Below are positions 1 to 13,629 of a stretch of 64,000 nt of DNA, one piece after another. Within the stretch, counting starts at the first letter, position 1; each line of letters begins with the position of its first letter. The notes below the pieces were generated by a model, which made no database searches, was not told the origin of the DNA, and saw only the letters and a list, made by a program, of their open reading frames with translations. This DNA comes from Octopus vulgaris (Eukaryota), in NCBI GenBank assembly GCA_951406725.2, contig OX597830.1, positions 77,872,001-77,936,000 on the forward strand, in the 5' to 3' direction. The translations under genes were made by a program, and so were the position numbers.

Positions 1-511
1 GTGAAAGAGACCGATGGGAAAAGTACTAGGCTTACAAAGAATAAGTCCTGGGGTCTTCCTCGACTAAAAGGCGGTGCTCCAGCATAGCCACAGTCAAATG
101 ACTGAAACAAGTAAAAGAGCAGCCCCTAATCTAGAAGGTGACACTGATATAAAACAGGATACGCAGGGAATGGCAATGAGCATTTTGGGGATCGTTTTGC
201 TTGCGCTTGAAATCATGGCGCTCCCACATTCCTGTGTGCGACTCATATTGGCACAGGATATCTTTGCCTTGGCTTGTCTCTGGATCAAAGTGCAAGCTTT
301 ATGGAACCTAAAATTTCTCATAGACATTTCTGACTTTTTTGCATGCTCATTGCTGCTTAATTTTATCTTTACATACATGCTTATGCATGCATGCATACAT
401 ACATACATACATACATACATACATGCACACACACATACATACATACATACATACATACATACATACATACATACATACGTACATACATGCATACATACAT
501 ACATACATACA

Positions 512-542
<31 letters not shown>

Positions 543-1536
543 GTAGCCTTTGGATTTTCAGAAAAAGAAATCAACAAACTGATTCGCACATTACAATTAC
601 AATCTGCAAGCGGAGTAGTAAAATTTTGCAAGACTTTTTCTCAGGTTTAAAATGTGACATTGTTTTCATTATCTACATTCCAGTAACGGACCTTTGTATC
701 TTTGTTAGGAACTAGCTCCTTCTTCAAAGGAAGAATTTAAATAAATTAAAAACAGAAGAGCCACATATATATATACATACGTATACGCACATGCACACAA
801 ACATACGTGCATGAGACTACATACATAAAACATACAAATATGTACATACACACGCACATACACGCATACGCATACATACACATTTATACATACGTACATA
901 TACATACATATTACATGTCATCAAAAGCTCTACCATTACCCGGAATCTTATGGTTTTAAAACGAACTCCTAAAGCATTCAATCAATCGTATTGTACTTAC
1001 AGATAAAAAACAAAACTACCCCGTCTCATCTGATGTCGCTGAATCGCTATAATTCTCAGAAAATCAAATAAGATGCCTTGCAACATTCCAGTACTTAACG
1101 TTCTGAGTTCAAATCTCACCGTGGTTAACTTATCCTTCCACTTTTTTGGGAGCGTGGGCAGGGGGTTGATAAAATAAGTCCATTGAGCACTAGGGTCTAT
1201 GTAACTGATAAGTGCCACGCCGAACGAAATCATTAGCGTTGATTTGTCAGTCTTTATGTTGTGAGATGAAATAGCGACGAGGTCGACTTTGCCTCTCATT
1301 TTTCTGGAGTGGATCAAATAAGTACCAGTCATACACTGAGGTCGATGTAATCTATTCTATTATCGGTTTCAGTCGGAGATTGTGACCATGCTGGGTGTTT
1401 CTTGCCGTGATGTGGTTTCATTTAGTATATTGGATAAACATTTGTTTAATTCTTCTTTGAACATATCTAGATCTACACCTCAAAGCTCTCCGATACGTTT
1501 CTCAGTCCCAAAGTTGGGTACTAAACCTTCCAGGAT

Positions 1537-1574
<38 letters not shown>

Positions 1575-1577
<3 letters not shown>

Positions 1578-1765
1578 AGAATTCACAAAAAAAACACACA
1601 CACACGAAGACAGGTGGTGTAGACAACAAACAGATGTATTAGTATAACGCTCGGGAAGGGAAAAAGTCTTTAACGTTTCGAGCCTACGCTGTTCCACAGA
1701 AAGGGACACAGAAGGAAACAAGGGGATAAATAAAGAACGTGTAGCGGCTAGCGATATATCATGGC
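1575..1765 (-). mobile_element. Short (~190 bp) Penelope pseudo-LTR-related element with hammerhead-like motif (1668-1703)
   Basis: Aligns by eye with 36671-36880; motif CUUU-CUGUGGA-A-CAGC-GUAG-GCUC-GAA-ACGU-U-AAAG; abuts (TA)n. Confidence 0.8.
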
Positions 1766-1859
1766 ATGTATATTTCGTCTTCTCCCCAAGGGGTAGAGCC
1801 TCAGATCTTTCGCGCTTAACGCTAATGTCTATTTGTTGCATTGAGGTAATCTGGTGTTG

Positions 1860-2720
1860 GTTTGCAGATGACTGATTGGTTGAATTCTGAGATCAGTCAG
1901 AACACGGAAAAAGGAAACCATACTCTCTGAAAGACATTCACCCTCAAACGCCTGAATTATTACTCCCAGTTATGGTTGCCTCAGAGCGCAGATTCTTTTG
2001 CAAATTTGTAGAAGGCCTTCAGTGTAGTTTTTACATTTTCAACTCCCCTTGTCTCCCCTTCTCCCCTTTTATTTATTTTTATGTGAGAATCAGAATGTAT
2101 TTTTGATCTCTAAAAGTGCTTTTCTAAGGTGGGACATCTCGCTGTTATTAAGTTCGCCTCTTAAGGACTCTCTTGTCTTGGGAAATAATGTTTTAATCTT
2201 CTTTCAGGGACAAATTTAATGCATATGGCTTGCTTTATTGAATTTCAGGTCAATGTCTTGCGTAGAGAGACTTTTGGGCCAATTTTGTTTGAAGATCTTC
2301 CGAATAGTTTTCCAGTCAGCCTTGTGAAAGTCCGAGCGTGGAGTGTGTTTGAGTGTATCGTATGTAGTATCCGTCTTCGAGCAGATTCGGACCATACTTT
2401 GTTAATTCTATTAAGCTGTGGTCTGAGACAGTCGTTGGTGACACCTTCACATTGTGGATAAAACCCACGTTATTTGTTGAAGCGAAGGTCTAAGAATCTT
2501 TTCTCGAGCAGATATAGAACTGCTCTTCCTGAGATCAAGTAGGGACTTTGCTAGATTCTCTTCTTTGTGTCTCATTCCTGAGATTATGTCGCTTTCCGAC
2601 CGTTCAATGGTGAGGACGTTGAATTTGCCAGAACTAGTTTCATTAGGACTTCATTCATCATTTTAAGGCTTTCCTCAAATCTTCCTTCGTGATTTCAGGA
2701 GTCAGATTTTTTGATATAGT
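1860..2720 (-). mobile_element. Highly degenerate non-LTR retrotransposon endonuclease-region relic
   Basis: Minus-strand fragments resemble the LDL.F.NN...V.PT..SDH.LIE end of an AP endonuclease; many disruptions. Confidence 0.4.
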
Positions 2721-2894
2721 GTGCTTATTACCACATCAAGTAGTTTTATATGCACAAAATGGATATGTCACAGATCGAGTTTGCATTCGACAACAGGATT
2801 AAGGGTGTGATATATACTCAGATGTACATGGCAACTCACCCATGGCTTCTTTCTTGCCGGTCTGTACAAAACTCAACATAATAATATATATACT

Positions 2895-3787
2895 AGGAGG
2901 GACCCAAAAGAAACAGAAAATTTGTAATATTGTTTCATTCACTTAGTTTTACATGTTTACACTTTTACCGCCTTCAATATATTCTTCATTTGAAGCAATG
3001 CATCAGTCTAGATGCATTTTCCATTATTCGCAGCAGTCCTGGAACTCTTGCAAAGTGATGCCTTTTAACGCCTCCTTCGTTTTTTTCTTCACCCTTTCCA
3101 CCTCTGCAAATTCCGTAGCACCAGCTTTTGTCACCAATGATGACCTTCGCAAGAGGTCCGGTTCAACTTCCAACTGTTCTTTCAGTTCACGACGCCCTTT
3201 CAGTCACGACTGCTTTTGATCTTCCGTGAGCAAGCGAGGCACAAATTTTGCTAAAATTATTTTCATTCGCAATACCCCACCCACTCAAAATCCTTTGGCA
3301 GGAGCTCTAGGATACGTCAGTCATATCAACAAGCTCAGTGACGGTCTCCCAAGATCAGTTCATGAATTTTCATGATGTTGTCCTTCGTTGGGGAGGTCGA
3401 CGATCGTTCTGAACAAGATTGGTCTTCAGGCGACAAGTGACCATTCCTAAAGCGTAGAAACCACTCGTAATCTTGTGTTTTGCGCATCGCAGCGTCCTTG
3501 TAAGCTGTTTGAAGCGTGACAACTGTTTTGGCCGCCGTTTTCCCCAGCAAATAACAGAATTTCACGGAAGCATGCTGTTTCTTCGTTTCAGCCATCGCAA
3601 AAAATCGACGAACTGGGGAGAAGTACTACAAAACGAAGACGCACCATGTGGCAGTACTATTGCGCACGACGACACCGGTCGGCAGACTGATGCCTGAGGT
3701 TCGCATGAAGTGGCTTCTAGGGCCAGAAGCCCGAACTACAGCCAGCTTGTTCCATAGAGAACGTTTCCGGTTACTTTTCGGAACCTC
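2895..3787 (-). mobile_element. Internally deleted mariner transposon relic
   Basis: N-terminal HTH region (QHASVKFCYLLGKTAAKT...AYKDAAM...YEWFLRFRNG...DQSCSERSST), then AKFVPRLLTEDQK; degenerate TIRs at both ends. Confidence 0.8.
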
Positions 3788-3842
3788 AACACATTATTTG
3801 TGTGAGTGGATTTGGTAGACGGAAACTGAAAGAAGCCCATCG

Positions 3843-3874
<32 letters not shown>

Positions 3875-4310
3875 TGTGTATATGTGTGTGTTTGTCCCCC
3901 CCCCCAACATCGCTTGACAACAGATGGTGGTGTGTTTGCGTCCCGTAACTTAGCGGTTCGGCAAAAGAGACCGATAGAATAAGTACTAGGCTTACAAAGA
4001 AAAACTCCTGGGGTCGATTTGCTCGACTAAAGGCGCTGCTTCCGCATAGCCGCAGTGAAATGACTGAAATAAGTAAAAGAGTAAATAGATACATTTTGTT
4101 AAAGAATTATGCATATTGCTTGATTGCATTCAGAGAGAACCCACACATATGAGATTCTGCTTTTGCTGTTTAATAATAGCATTAGCGAAATGTTTGGATT
4201 GGTAACCACGGTAACCGTCCTAAGTCTTTATATCTGCGGCCACTTCGTGTGTGAATGTGCATGGCTTTGACTTACGTATGTTTTTATGACTGTATGTATA
4301 TAGGTATATA

Positions 4311-4875
4311 TTGGGTTGTCCGAAAAGTTCGTGCCGATTTATAGTAGCTTACCTTTCGACTTATTTTAGAACATGGTTGAGCCCATAAAACAGGATTTGA
4401 CTACACCTCCATTTAGAGCACAGTTTAAGCCATCTTTTCGTGGAAGAAGGTTTATGTTCCTATAACCTGTGTTAATTCTGTAACCCTTTAAAATGGAAGA
4501 TAAGAAAGTTCATTTTCGGCACTTGATGCTTTGGGAACCAGAAAAAATTGCTGCAGCTCGGCTGGGATGTGTTGCCCCACCTTCCATATTCACTAGATAT
4601 TGCTCCTTCGGATTTCCACTTATTCAGGTCTCTGCAGAATAGTCTTTATAGTAAAAGTTTCAATTCTTTGGATGATATAAAAAGATACCTTGATGAATTC
4701 TTTGCCATGAAACCATCTGAATTATGGGAGGAGGGTATTTTCAAGTTAAATGAAAGAAGGAGACGCATTGTGCAACGAAATGGTTTATATTTGGTTGATT
4801 AAAAATGTAATGGCAAGTATTTATTGACCTTTTTCTTTCCTTTAAAAATCGGCACAAACTTTCCAGACAACCCAA
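4311..4875 (+). mobile_element. Non-autonomous mariner deletion derivative (mellifera-like)
   Basis: TIRs ttgggttgtccgaaaagttcgtgccgattt / aaatcggcacaaactttccagacaacccaa with TA flanks; MEDKKVHFRHLMLWE is joined to LLQLGWDVLPHLPYSLDIAPSDFHLFRSLQNSL. Confidence 0.92.
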
Positions 4876-5104
4876 TATATATGTATAAATATGTGAATGG
4901 ATGGATGGATGGATGGATGGAGACCTCTTTGCCGTACGACCAACAGTTCCAGTCATTGTCTTTGACATTTATTATGGTGGCATCGAATTGTTTGTTTGGA
5001 AATGGAATAGCTTTGAATATATTAACGTTCTACACGGTATCTATGATGCCTCTTATCCTGCAGCTCGTCTCTCGCTCTTTGCCTCTCTATCTCTCATCCT
5101 CTCT

Positions 5105-5145
<41 letters not shown>

Positions 5146-5525
5146 CTTCTCACGCACACACATACCGTGTATGTGCGTGCGAGTGTGACCTATTTACATA
5201 TATTCATCGTATTCGGGTCTAAAGAGGGTCTCAACAGAGGTCAAGAGATAATTTTGTCTCATCTCATCCATTTATCTATTTCTCACTCTCTCACCAGTCT
5301 CTCTGTGTGTGTATACACGTATTTATTTATACTTTTCTATCTATACATATATGTACATATATATGTGTATGTACACTCACACACACACACACATATGCAT
5401 AAACACCCATATCTATCTATATATATCTTTCTTCCTATTTTTGCCATTATCTCTGTCTCTCCTCTACAATATGTACATACATGCACATAAAGCATAGATT
5501 TATGTGAGTGTATATCTGTGTGCGC

Positions 5526-5561
<36 letters not shown>

Positions 5562-5596
5562 TCTCTCTCACACACACACATATATATATGTGTGTG

Positions 5597-5663
<67 letters not shown>

Positions 5664-6109
5664 ATGTCCAGGATACACGCCAAGAAGAGTTAACGTGAGG
5701 CCTGTGTGTCTGTGTTTGTGTATGTTAAACTTACAACAAACACGCGTCCGCGGCTGCTATTGCTATAGAACTGTTAGTATATATTTTAGAAAGGAAGAAC
5801 TTGGCAATGTTCCATTGTTTGTCGTATGACCAACAAAACGGAGAATGGTCTAAGAATGGCCTGGCACTACACCTCTTTATCGCACTTAAATGATTAAATA
5901 CAATACTAAATAATGTTATGCAGAGTGTTGGTCTCCTTACCGCTCCTGAATATATAACACTACACAATGTAGTATAGGGGATTGATCAGTTGTTAACAGC
6001 AGTATATATTTGCCGAACATCAAAGTCACGGAAATGCAAACAAACCAACTCTGGTCTTGAAGTGTTGCTGGTGGTGGTGGTGGTAGTAGACAGAGACACA
6101 CCTATACAC

Positions 6110-6213
<104 letters not shown>

Positions 6214-6234
6214 ATAGATAGATAGATATTAATA

Positions 6235-7770
6235 AAAAGAATTCCAACCTTGTCTGATTTTCACGTTTTATTTACAATCTTATAATGATATATTATAAGA
6301 TAATATATTATAATTGAATAAAATAAAATGAAATAGTAGAATGTTAAATATTCATTCTGATTGAACTAGTACTTTCATGCATTGAATTCTGCAATCTTCG
6401 GGTTCATGTAGTAGTGTTGACAGTCATGCTTCACAATTTTTGACTGTAGCAAGATGAGTGATTCTGTGCTATAAATACAGCTGGGTAGGCTCCAGAGTGC
6501 TAGGTTTTGCAAACTGTATTCTGACCAATCAGTGTGTAGTATCACTCAATTACTTAAGCTGATTGGTTGGTTGGGCTGATTGGTTTAGGCATCACGCTTT
6601 GTTGGACAGGTCAAGAGTCCTGTATCTTGACCCTGGCCGAAGCAGCAATTGTTGGGTTATTTTTAGAAATGTTGTAAATATCCTTTGTCAGAGATTTTTA
6701 TATTTTTATATTTCAATTGTCATCATCATCATTGTCAGCACCTTAATTATTGTTGCTAGTGGTGATGGTGGTGGCAATAGAACTTTTAACCCTAAATAAG
6801 ATAATTTTCCTGCTATCTTCGTCTTGATCACCTTTAGTATTGTTGTTTTTGTTAGTGGTCATGGTCGTAGCAGTGGAAGTAATACCTCTAAGTATTATTA
6901 TTATTGCTTATTTAGCTTGGGTTCGAATTTATCAATAAAATTCTTTTCTCTGATTTTCCTCTCGATTTCACTTGGGCTGTGTAATTTGTAGAATGGAAAT
7001 ATTATATATATTTTCCGACCACATGTTGCTAGGTGGTTACTCAAAGGTATCTGACGGACCTCTGGGTCTCTAATCTGTTGCCGGTGTACACGTGAGCGTT
7101 CTAATAGTGCGTTTCCCGTCTGACCTACATATATTTCTTCACAATTTGGGCATTTGATGCAGTAAATTAAATTTCTGCTTTTGCAGTTCATATTCGCGTT
7201 TGTGAATATTTTCCCGGTTTTTGTGTTTATATATTGACCGGTATGTATGAATTGGCATGTGCCACATCGGCTATCATTGCATTTAGATACCGTGAATGTT
7301 TGGTCTTTGTTGCTGAGGTCAAATTTTGCCTTTGTTAGTAATGTTTTCAAGTTTTTAGGCTGTCTTTTACTAAGCACCATAGCTCGATCCTTGATTATGT
7401 CTTTTAATTCATTACTTTGGGCAATGATTGGAAGGTTTGCTTTGGCAATGTTGAAGATATTCTGGTGACATGGGTTGTGTGTCACTATGAATGGTATGAC
7501 TTGTTCTTGTTTTCCTCTTCCTTGGGTTGTCCTAAGTTGTTGTATAGGTATTTTTATAGCCCGCTGTATGCCATTTTCTATAAGTAGAGATGGGTATTTT
7601 TGTTTGAGCAAAAATTCTCTTAGTTCTATTAGGCGTTTGTTCCTGATATTTGCATCTTCTACAATAGTACAAATTCTTCTGGCTAGGCAGTATGGGATGT
7701 TACGTTTTGTATGTGGTGGATGGCACGACTTAAAATTTAGGTATTGATGTGTGTCTGTGTGTTTATAGTA
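6235..7770 (-). mobile_element. 5'-truncated Penelope-like element of a second family (RT thumb, Cys linker, GIY-YIG, 3' UTR)
   Basis: The ORF at 6901-7611 extends upstream as YKHTDTHQYLNFKSCHPPHTKRNIPYCLARRI and contains CNDSRCGTC and NLIYCIKCPNCEEIYVGQTGNALLERSRVH...REKNFIDKFEPKLN. Flanked by (TA)n/(TAGA)n. Confidence 0.9.
6362..6406 (-). ncRNA. Minimal type I hammerhead-like motif in the 3' UTR of the truncated Penelope-like element
   Basis: Minus strand reads UGAAC-CCGAAGA-U-UGCA-GAAUUCAA-UGCA-U-GAA-AGUACU-A-GUUCA: perfect 5-bp stem I, 4-bp stem II, palindromic AGUACU stem III, predicted cut after CUA. Confidence 0.72.
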
Positions 7771-7771
7771 T

Positions 7772-7802
<31 letters not shown>

Positions 7803-7991
7803 CGCCATGATAGATCGGTAGCCACTACACACATTTTTTTCTCTCCTTGTTCTTTTCTGTGTCCCTTTCTCTAGAAGAGCGTAGGCTCGAAACGTAAAAT
7901 ACTTTTTCAATTCCTGAGCGTTATACTAATACATCTGTTTGTTTTGTACACCACCTGTCTTCGTCTTTTGTTTTTTTTCGCGAACTCTACC
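7803..7991 (+). mobile_element. Short Penelope pseudo-LTR-related element with hammerhead-like motif (7865-7900)
   Basis: Starts cgccatgatagatcg, contains CTCTAGAAGAGCGTAGGCTCGAAACGTA and ends at (TA)n. Confidence 0.8.
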
Positions 7992-8004
7992 ATATATATA
8001 TATT

Positions 8005-8106
<102 letters not shown>

Positions 8107-8776
8107 CACGGGCATATATAGAACAGTTAGGTGAAAAGTTGAAAATATACGTGAGTCTTAAAACGAATTGTAACTTTGGATCCTTTTGATAAATTTCTTA
8201 AAATACCATACTATTTTCAATATTTTTTGCATTTTATTGATATATCGTCAGGTAACAGGTACATAAATTTAGTGCTCAAGTTGACTTGCTGTCTAATGAA
8301 GCCTATATGTGGCTTATAGGTGAACAGATACGTGTATAATGGGAATAAAAAATATAAATTGGAAAACATCTGGTATCGGATTAGATTATGGCATTTATTT
8401 ACTTAGACTTAAGAATTGAGTTGTTACAAGAGTATAGACCATAAGGGGAAGGATTTAAGACTGTGATAGCTGTTGATCGACTGTTTATACTTTTATTCTG
8501 GTATACATATACATATATGCATATGTAACGTGCGTATGTATGTATATGTATATATATGTGTGTGTGTGTTTGTGTGTGTGTATGTTTGTGTATCTGTTTG
8601 TCCCCCCACCATGCCTTCAACCGATATTGTTATGTTTACGTCTCCATAAAGTAGCGGTTCGGCGAAATAGGCCGATAGAATAAGTACTAAGCTAACAAAG
8701 GAGGTGCTCAAGCATGACCGCAGTCAAATGACTGAAACAAATAAAAGAATATATATATATATATATATATATATTA

Positions 8777-8809
<33 letters not shown>

Positions 8810-9313
8810 TGTATAAATATATATATACACATATATGTGTATATATATATATATATATATACACATATGTGTGTATATATATTTATATATATATATATAT
8901 ATACGGCAGGCTTCTTACAGTTTCCTTCTACCAAAACCACTCACAAGGCTTTGGTCGGTCCAAAGCTTTTCTAGCAGACAAATGCCCAAGGTGACACACA
9001 GTGGGACTGAACCAGGAAAATTGTGGTTGGGAAGCGAGCCACTTACCACGCTGCCACGCCTGCGACAATATTAGGACAAAACTAGCCAAGTGTGAAGCCA
9101 AGCGTATTTTTAAAACATATCTATAGATATTATACACACAGCCGCGAGCGGAACTCAGAATAGACTGAAATCTTTTAATATATACTATATAGGAACTTAG
9201 CCATGCACAACCCAGCATATTTATTTCGATATCAGATAACATTTGCACTGTGGGAAATATATATTTCGATATAGTTTACGGCTCTTACATTACAAAATAC
9301 ATGCGTGTATGTG

Positions 9314-9390
<77 letters not shown>

Positions 9391-10265
9391 GTGTAATAAA
9401 TAAAATATATGCATACATACAAACATATATGTACGTACCGACATCTACATGTATATATACATGCATATATAAATATATATATACGTACAGGACACTACAA
9501 GAAGACGTAAAAATCAACAGAAACGAAAACGGAAAAGCCATTTTGTTACAACAGAAGGACAGAGACGTGGAACAAGACGAAACGAAAACGAAAACGGGAA
9601 AAACAATTATGTGCAGCAGAAAAACGAAGTACAGGACAGGCTACACAAGGAAAAATCCCCTTCATCAGCTGTCGCTAGCAGACACGTGTTTCGAAGGCAG
9701 AGAAGCGATAGAGAGAGAGAGAGATGGGGAAGAGAGAGCATACACACACATATACATATGTGAGTGCATTTGTGTGTGTGTGTGTACAACGGTCTTCTTT
9801 ACGTTGTCGTGAGATGGGATTGAACCTAAAACGAAGAGTAGCAAAGCAAACATACTCAACCACATAGGCATGTCTGCGCTTATATATCTATATCGATATA
9901 TATATATATATATATACAGACACACACACTGAGTATACATAGGTGTACACATGTCTCTGTGTGTGTGTGCATATATATATATATATTTATATATGTATGA
10001 ATATGTGTATATATATATGTGTGTGTGTGTGTCTGTATGCATGTATATTATATATGCGCGTACTCTAACGCACAGGCATAAAATTGTTACTTCTTACCAT
10101 CCATATAACATACCATCCATCTATCCCAACCATACGACATCCAGCCTACCAAACTTTTTATCTAACTTTAAATAACACCTACATTTGACCTTCCAATAGT
10201 ATGGAAAACAAAAACAACAACAAGAACAGTAAAAAGGACCACAACAACAACAACAAATAATGATG

Positions 10266-10323
<58 letters not shown>

Positions 10324-10344
10324 TGATGATGATGATAATAATAA

Positions 10345-10560
10345 ATAACCTTCCTTAAACCCCGAATAAAGTGGTCGCAGCTTTAAAGTGGGGTCAGTTT
10401 TACACCTAACGGTCAGTTGTGTATGAGTTATGGCTGTTTGATGGTGTATTAATAAGGTCAAACCTTCAAGATTCTGAACACACCACCAGCAAGGTCACAT
10501 GACAAACGTGTCTGTTTTATAGCTTTAATTACGATGACACCCATTTACCGGCTTCGCACT
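10345..10560. promoter_or_regulatory. Candidate nuclear-receptor/homeodomain cis-regulatory island
   Basis: GGGTCA 10391, CGGTCA 10410, AGGTCA 10455 and AGGTCA 10492 on the same strand in a unique island between microsatellites. Confidence 0.3.
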
Positions 10561-10664
10561 TATTCATTCATTCATTCATTCTTTCATTCTTTCATTCTCT
10601 CTTTCTTTATTCCTTTTATTCTTTCCTAAAGTCTTTCTTTCTGTCTTTTCCATCTTTCAGCTGT

Positions 10665-10689
10665 TCATGTATGTATGTATGTATGGATG

Positions 10690-10758
<69 letters not shown>

Positions 10759-11038
10759 ATATTGATAGATAGATAGATATAGATAGATGTATATAGATAG
10801 ATGTATATAGATAGATAAATATAGATAGATAGATAGATAGATATAGATAGATAGATAGATAGATATAGATCGATGTATATAGATAGATAGATGGATAGAT
10901 GGATAGATAGATATAGATAGATAGATAGATTGATAGATTAGATAGATAGATAGATATAGATCGATGTATATAGATAGATGGATAGATGGATAGATAGATA
11001 TAGATAGATAGATAGATTGATAGATTAGATAGATAGAT

Positions 11039-11069
<31 letters not shown>

Positions 11070-11075
11070 TAGATT

Positions 11076-11108
<33 letters not shown>

Positions 11109-11109
11109 T

Positions 11110-11140
<31 letters not shown>

Positions 11141-11141
11141 G

Positions 11142-11193
<52 letters not shown>

Positions 11194-11220
11194 ATGATAG
11201 AGAGATAGATTAGATAGATG
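10665..11220. repeat. (TAGA)n microsatellite block
   Basis: Directly visible. Confidence 0.95.
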
Positions 11221-11644
11221 TGTGTGGGTGTCCATCTTTCTGTTCATCTTCCTGTCATTTTTTATCGATTTATTTGTTTCGGTCATTGGACTGCGGCCAT
11301 GCTGGACCACCGATACGAAGGGTTTACTCGAACAAAACGACTCCAATCAACTTTTTTTATTTAGTTTGGTGTCTTTTGCTGAACTGCTAGGTTACAAGGA
11401 CGTAAACAAATTAACTCATGGAGCAAACATTGGTAGATTTACATATATACTTACAACGAGTTTCCGACTATCAAATCCACTCACAAGGGTTTTGTTGACC
11501 CTGGGTATAAGACTTATCCAAGGTGCCATGCAGTGTGACAGAGCCCGGACACACCTGGTTATGAAACATACTTCTTACACACGCGAGCACTTATATATGT
11601 ATATGTGTGGGGGGGGAGGGGGGTGTATATATATATATAGAGAG

Positions 11645-11875
11645 AGATGTGCTTGCATAGCGAGTGACTTGATCTGAGATCGTGTGCTGAAACGAAAACA
11701 ATTGCAGCGTGGAAGATGTTTATAAGCCATTTAAGAAACACACAAAAACCGTTAGATTCACTTCAACATTTAAATTTAATTTGTCAAAATATTTTCGTCG
11801 CTTTGAGACCGCGACCTGTTCACTGACAAAACTTTGTGCTGCAGCAGGAAGTTTTGTCAGTGAACAGGTCGCTCT
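11645..11875. mobile_element. Fragment of the same palindromic element family as 46330-46520
   Basis: Shares aaccgttagattcactt...gtcgctttgagaccgcgacctgttcactgacaaaac and folds back on itself at 11812-11872. Confidence 0.7.
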
Positions 11876-12079
11876 CATAAGCGTAAATTTGTTTTGCCAA
11901 CATGATCGTCTCCGTTTTTAAATTAGGAAACGATATTTAGATAAGCACACAGCTTGCACTTTTTAACCATAGCTAACACCTATTTACGGGAAATAATTTC
12001 TTTTCTCCCAGGAAAAAACATATTTTTCTCTATGTTTCATTCCATCTTTTTGCCACTACCATGCCAACCTACACTCTAT

Positions 12080-12335
12080 GCTGTTTGTTCCTTTTCAAGC
12101 CGGTTTCCCGGTTTCCTTGGCGTATAGGTTTCCCATCTGGACGGGACGCCGGTCCGTCGCAGGCGAGCTGCAAGAGGAAAGAGTGTAAGTTGCGGCGAAA
12201 GAGTCAGCAGAGGTTCGCCATTACCTTCTGCCGGAGCCGCGTGGAGCTTAGGTGTTTCGCTCATAAACACACACATCGCCCGGTCTGAGATTCGAACCCG
12301 CGATCCCTCGACCGCGAGTCCGCTGCTCTAACCTA
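12080..12335 (-). mobile_element. tRNA-derived SINE family C (representative; second copy 18920-19235)
   Basis: Minus strand ggttagagcagcggactcgcggtcgagggatcgcgGGTTCGAATCtcagaccggg is tRNA-like, followed by a shared body. Confidence 0.78.
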
Positions 12336-12814
12336 CACTCTACGTACACCCAATGTTAAAGAGGCTATGCTCTGCTGGCCAGCATGTCTTGATTTTCGGT
12401 CAATATTGTCTAATACCAATATTCCGAGTAGTTATATGTAATAATACATGACGCAGGCACAGGTTGTATATTAACTAGATTCGCAAAGGATGACAATTCT
12501 TTAAGATAGAAGTTGTTAATATTATTTCTAGAAACAGTTTTTTTTTTTTTGTAACATGTTCTATTGAAAATATGATTGATCTGATTTTTATCTGATTTAT
12601 CAATTATCTCACTCCTGCTTCTTCTAATGCTCCAAGCTTGTTTTCCAATCAAATACTACTGGGTTCAGTCCCACCGCACGGCATTTTCAGCAAGTGTCTT
12701 CTCCTATAACCCTCGTCCAACATAAAGCTTTGTGAGGGGATTTAGTAGACGGAAATTGAAACCCGTCACGCGGCCGCATGTGTGAGTGTCGTCTATATAT
12801 TATATATATTGTTT

Positions 12815-13046
12815 AAGGCGGCGAGCTGGCAGAATCGTTAGCAGGTCGGGCGAAATGCGTAGCCGTATTTCGTCTGCCGTTACGTTCTGAATTCAAATTC
12901 CGCCGAGGTCGACTTTGCCTTTCATCCTTTCGGGTTCGATAAATAAAGTACCAGTTACGCACTGGGGTCAATGTAATCGACTTAATCTCTTTGTCTGTCT
13001 TTGTTTGTCCCCTCTATGTTTAGCCCCATGTGGGTAGTAAAGAAAT
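12815..13046 (+). mobile_element. tRNA-derived SINE family B with a Meta/Sauria-SINE-like central domain (representative)
   Basis: aaggcggcgagctggcagaatcgttagc head and GCCTTTCATCCTTTCGGG..CGATAAAT.AAGTACC domain; other copies near 1095-1350, 26250-26472 (-), 34370-34600, 47540-47660 (-) and 47930-48130. Confidence 0.8.
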
Positions 13047-13629
13047 ATTTATATTATATATATTGTTTACATGTATACATATATATAATTATAGATAGAT
13101 ATAGATATAAATATATATATATGTATGTATCTTTGTATGTGTCTGTTTATGGTGTGTGTCCTACCAGCACTTGACAATCGGTGTTGGTTTCTTTACGTCC
13201 GTGTAACTTAACGGTTCAGCCAAAGAGCCGATGGAATAAGTACCTCACTTTTAAAATGATAAATACTGAGGTCGATTTGTTGCACCAAATTCTTCAAGAC
13301 AGTGCCCCAGCATGGCTACAGTCCAATGACTAACACAAATAAAAAATAAAAGATGTATCCTTAGTAGTTTGTTTGGGATGTTAAATTCCTATCGTTTCCA
13401 GACTTTTATATTCTCAGCTTCATTATGAAGTGATGTATGTTCCTCCCGCCTTATAGTAAGGAAAAACCAATGTCGTCGGTGTATATATTATCGCTCTAAT
13501 TTGAATATTAACCGTTAGATTTACGCATCATTAAAAAATTTTTATTTTAGTGTGTGATTGGTGTATGCCATCTAGATGACATTTTGGTATTGAGCCGTAT
13601 TGTTAGTATCGGTTCTATCATTAATCATG

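Noticed and set aside
9655-9700. Minus-strand GAAACACGTGTC...CTGATGAAGGGG resembling a type II hammerhead
   Set aside because: Stem I cannot form with an unpaired cleavage-site nucleotide in the correct register, and a competing hairpin (tgtcgctagcagaca) explains the sequence. The similar GAAA...CTGATGA at 30272-30310 also fails.
12270-12335. tRNA-like sequence with B box GGTTCGAATC
   Set aside because: It is the head of a SINE that continues into a repeat body; no complete cloverleaf or acceptor stem.
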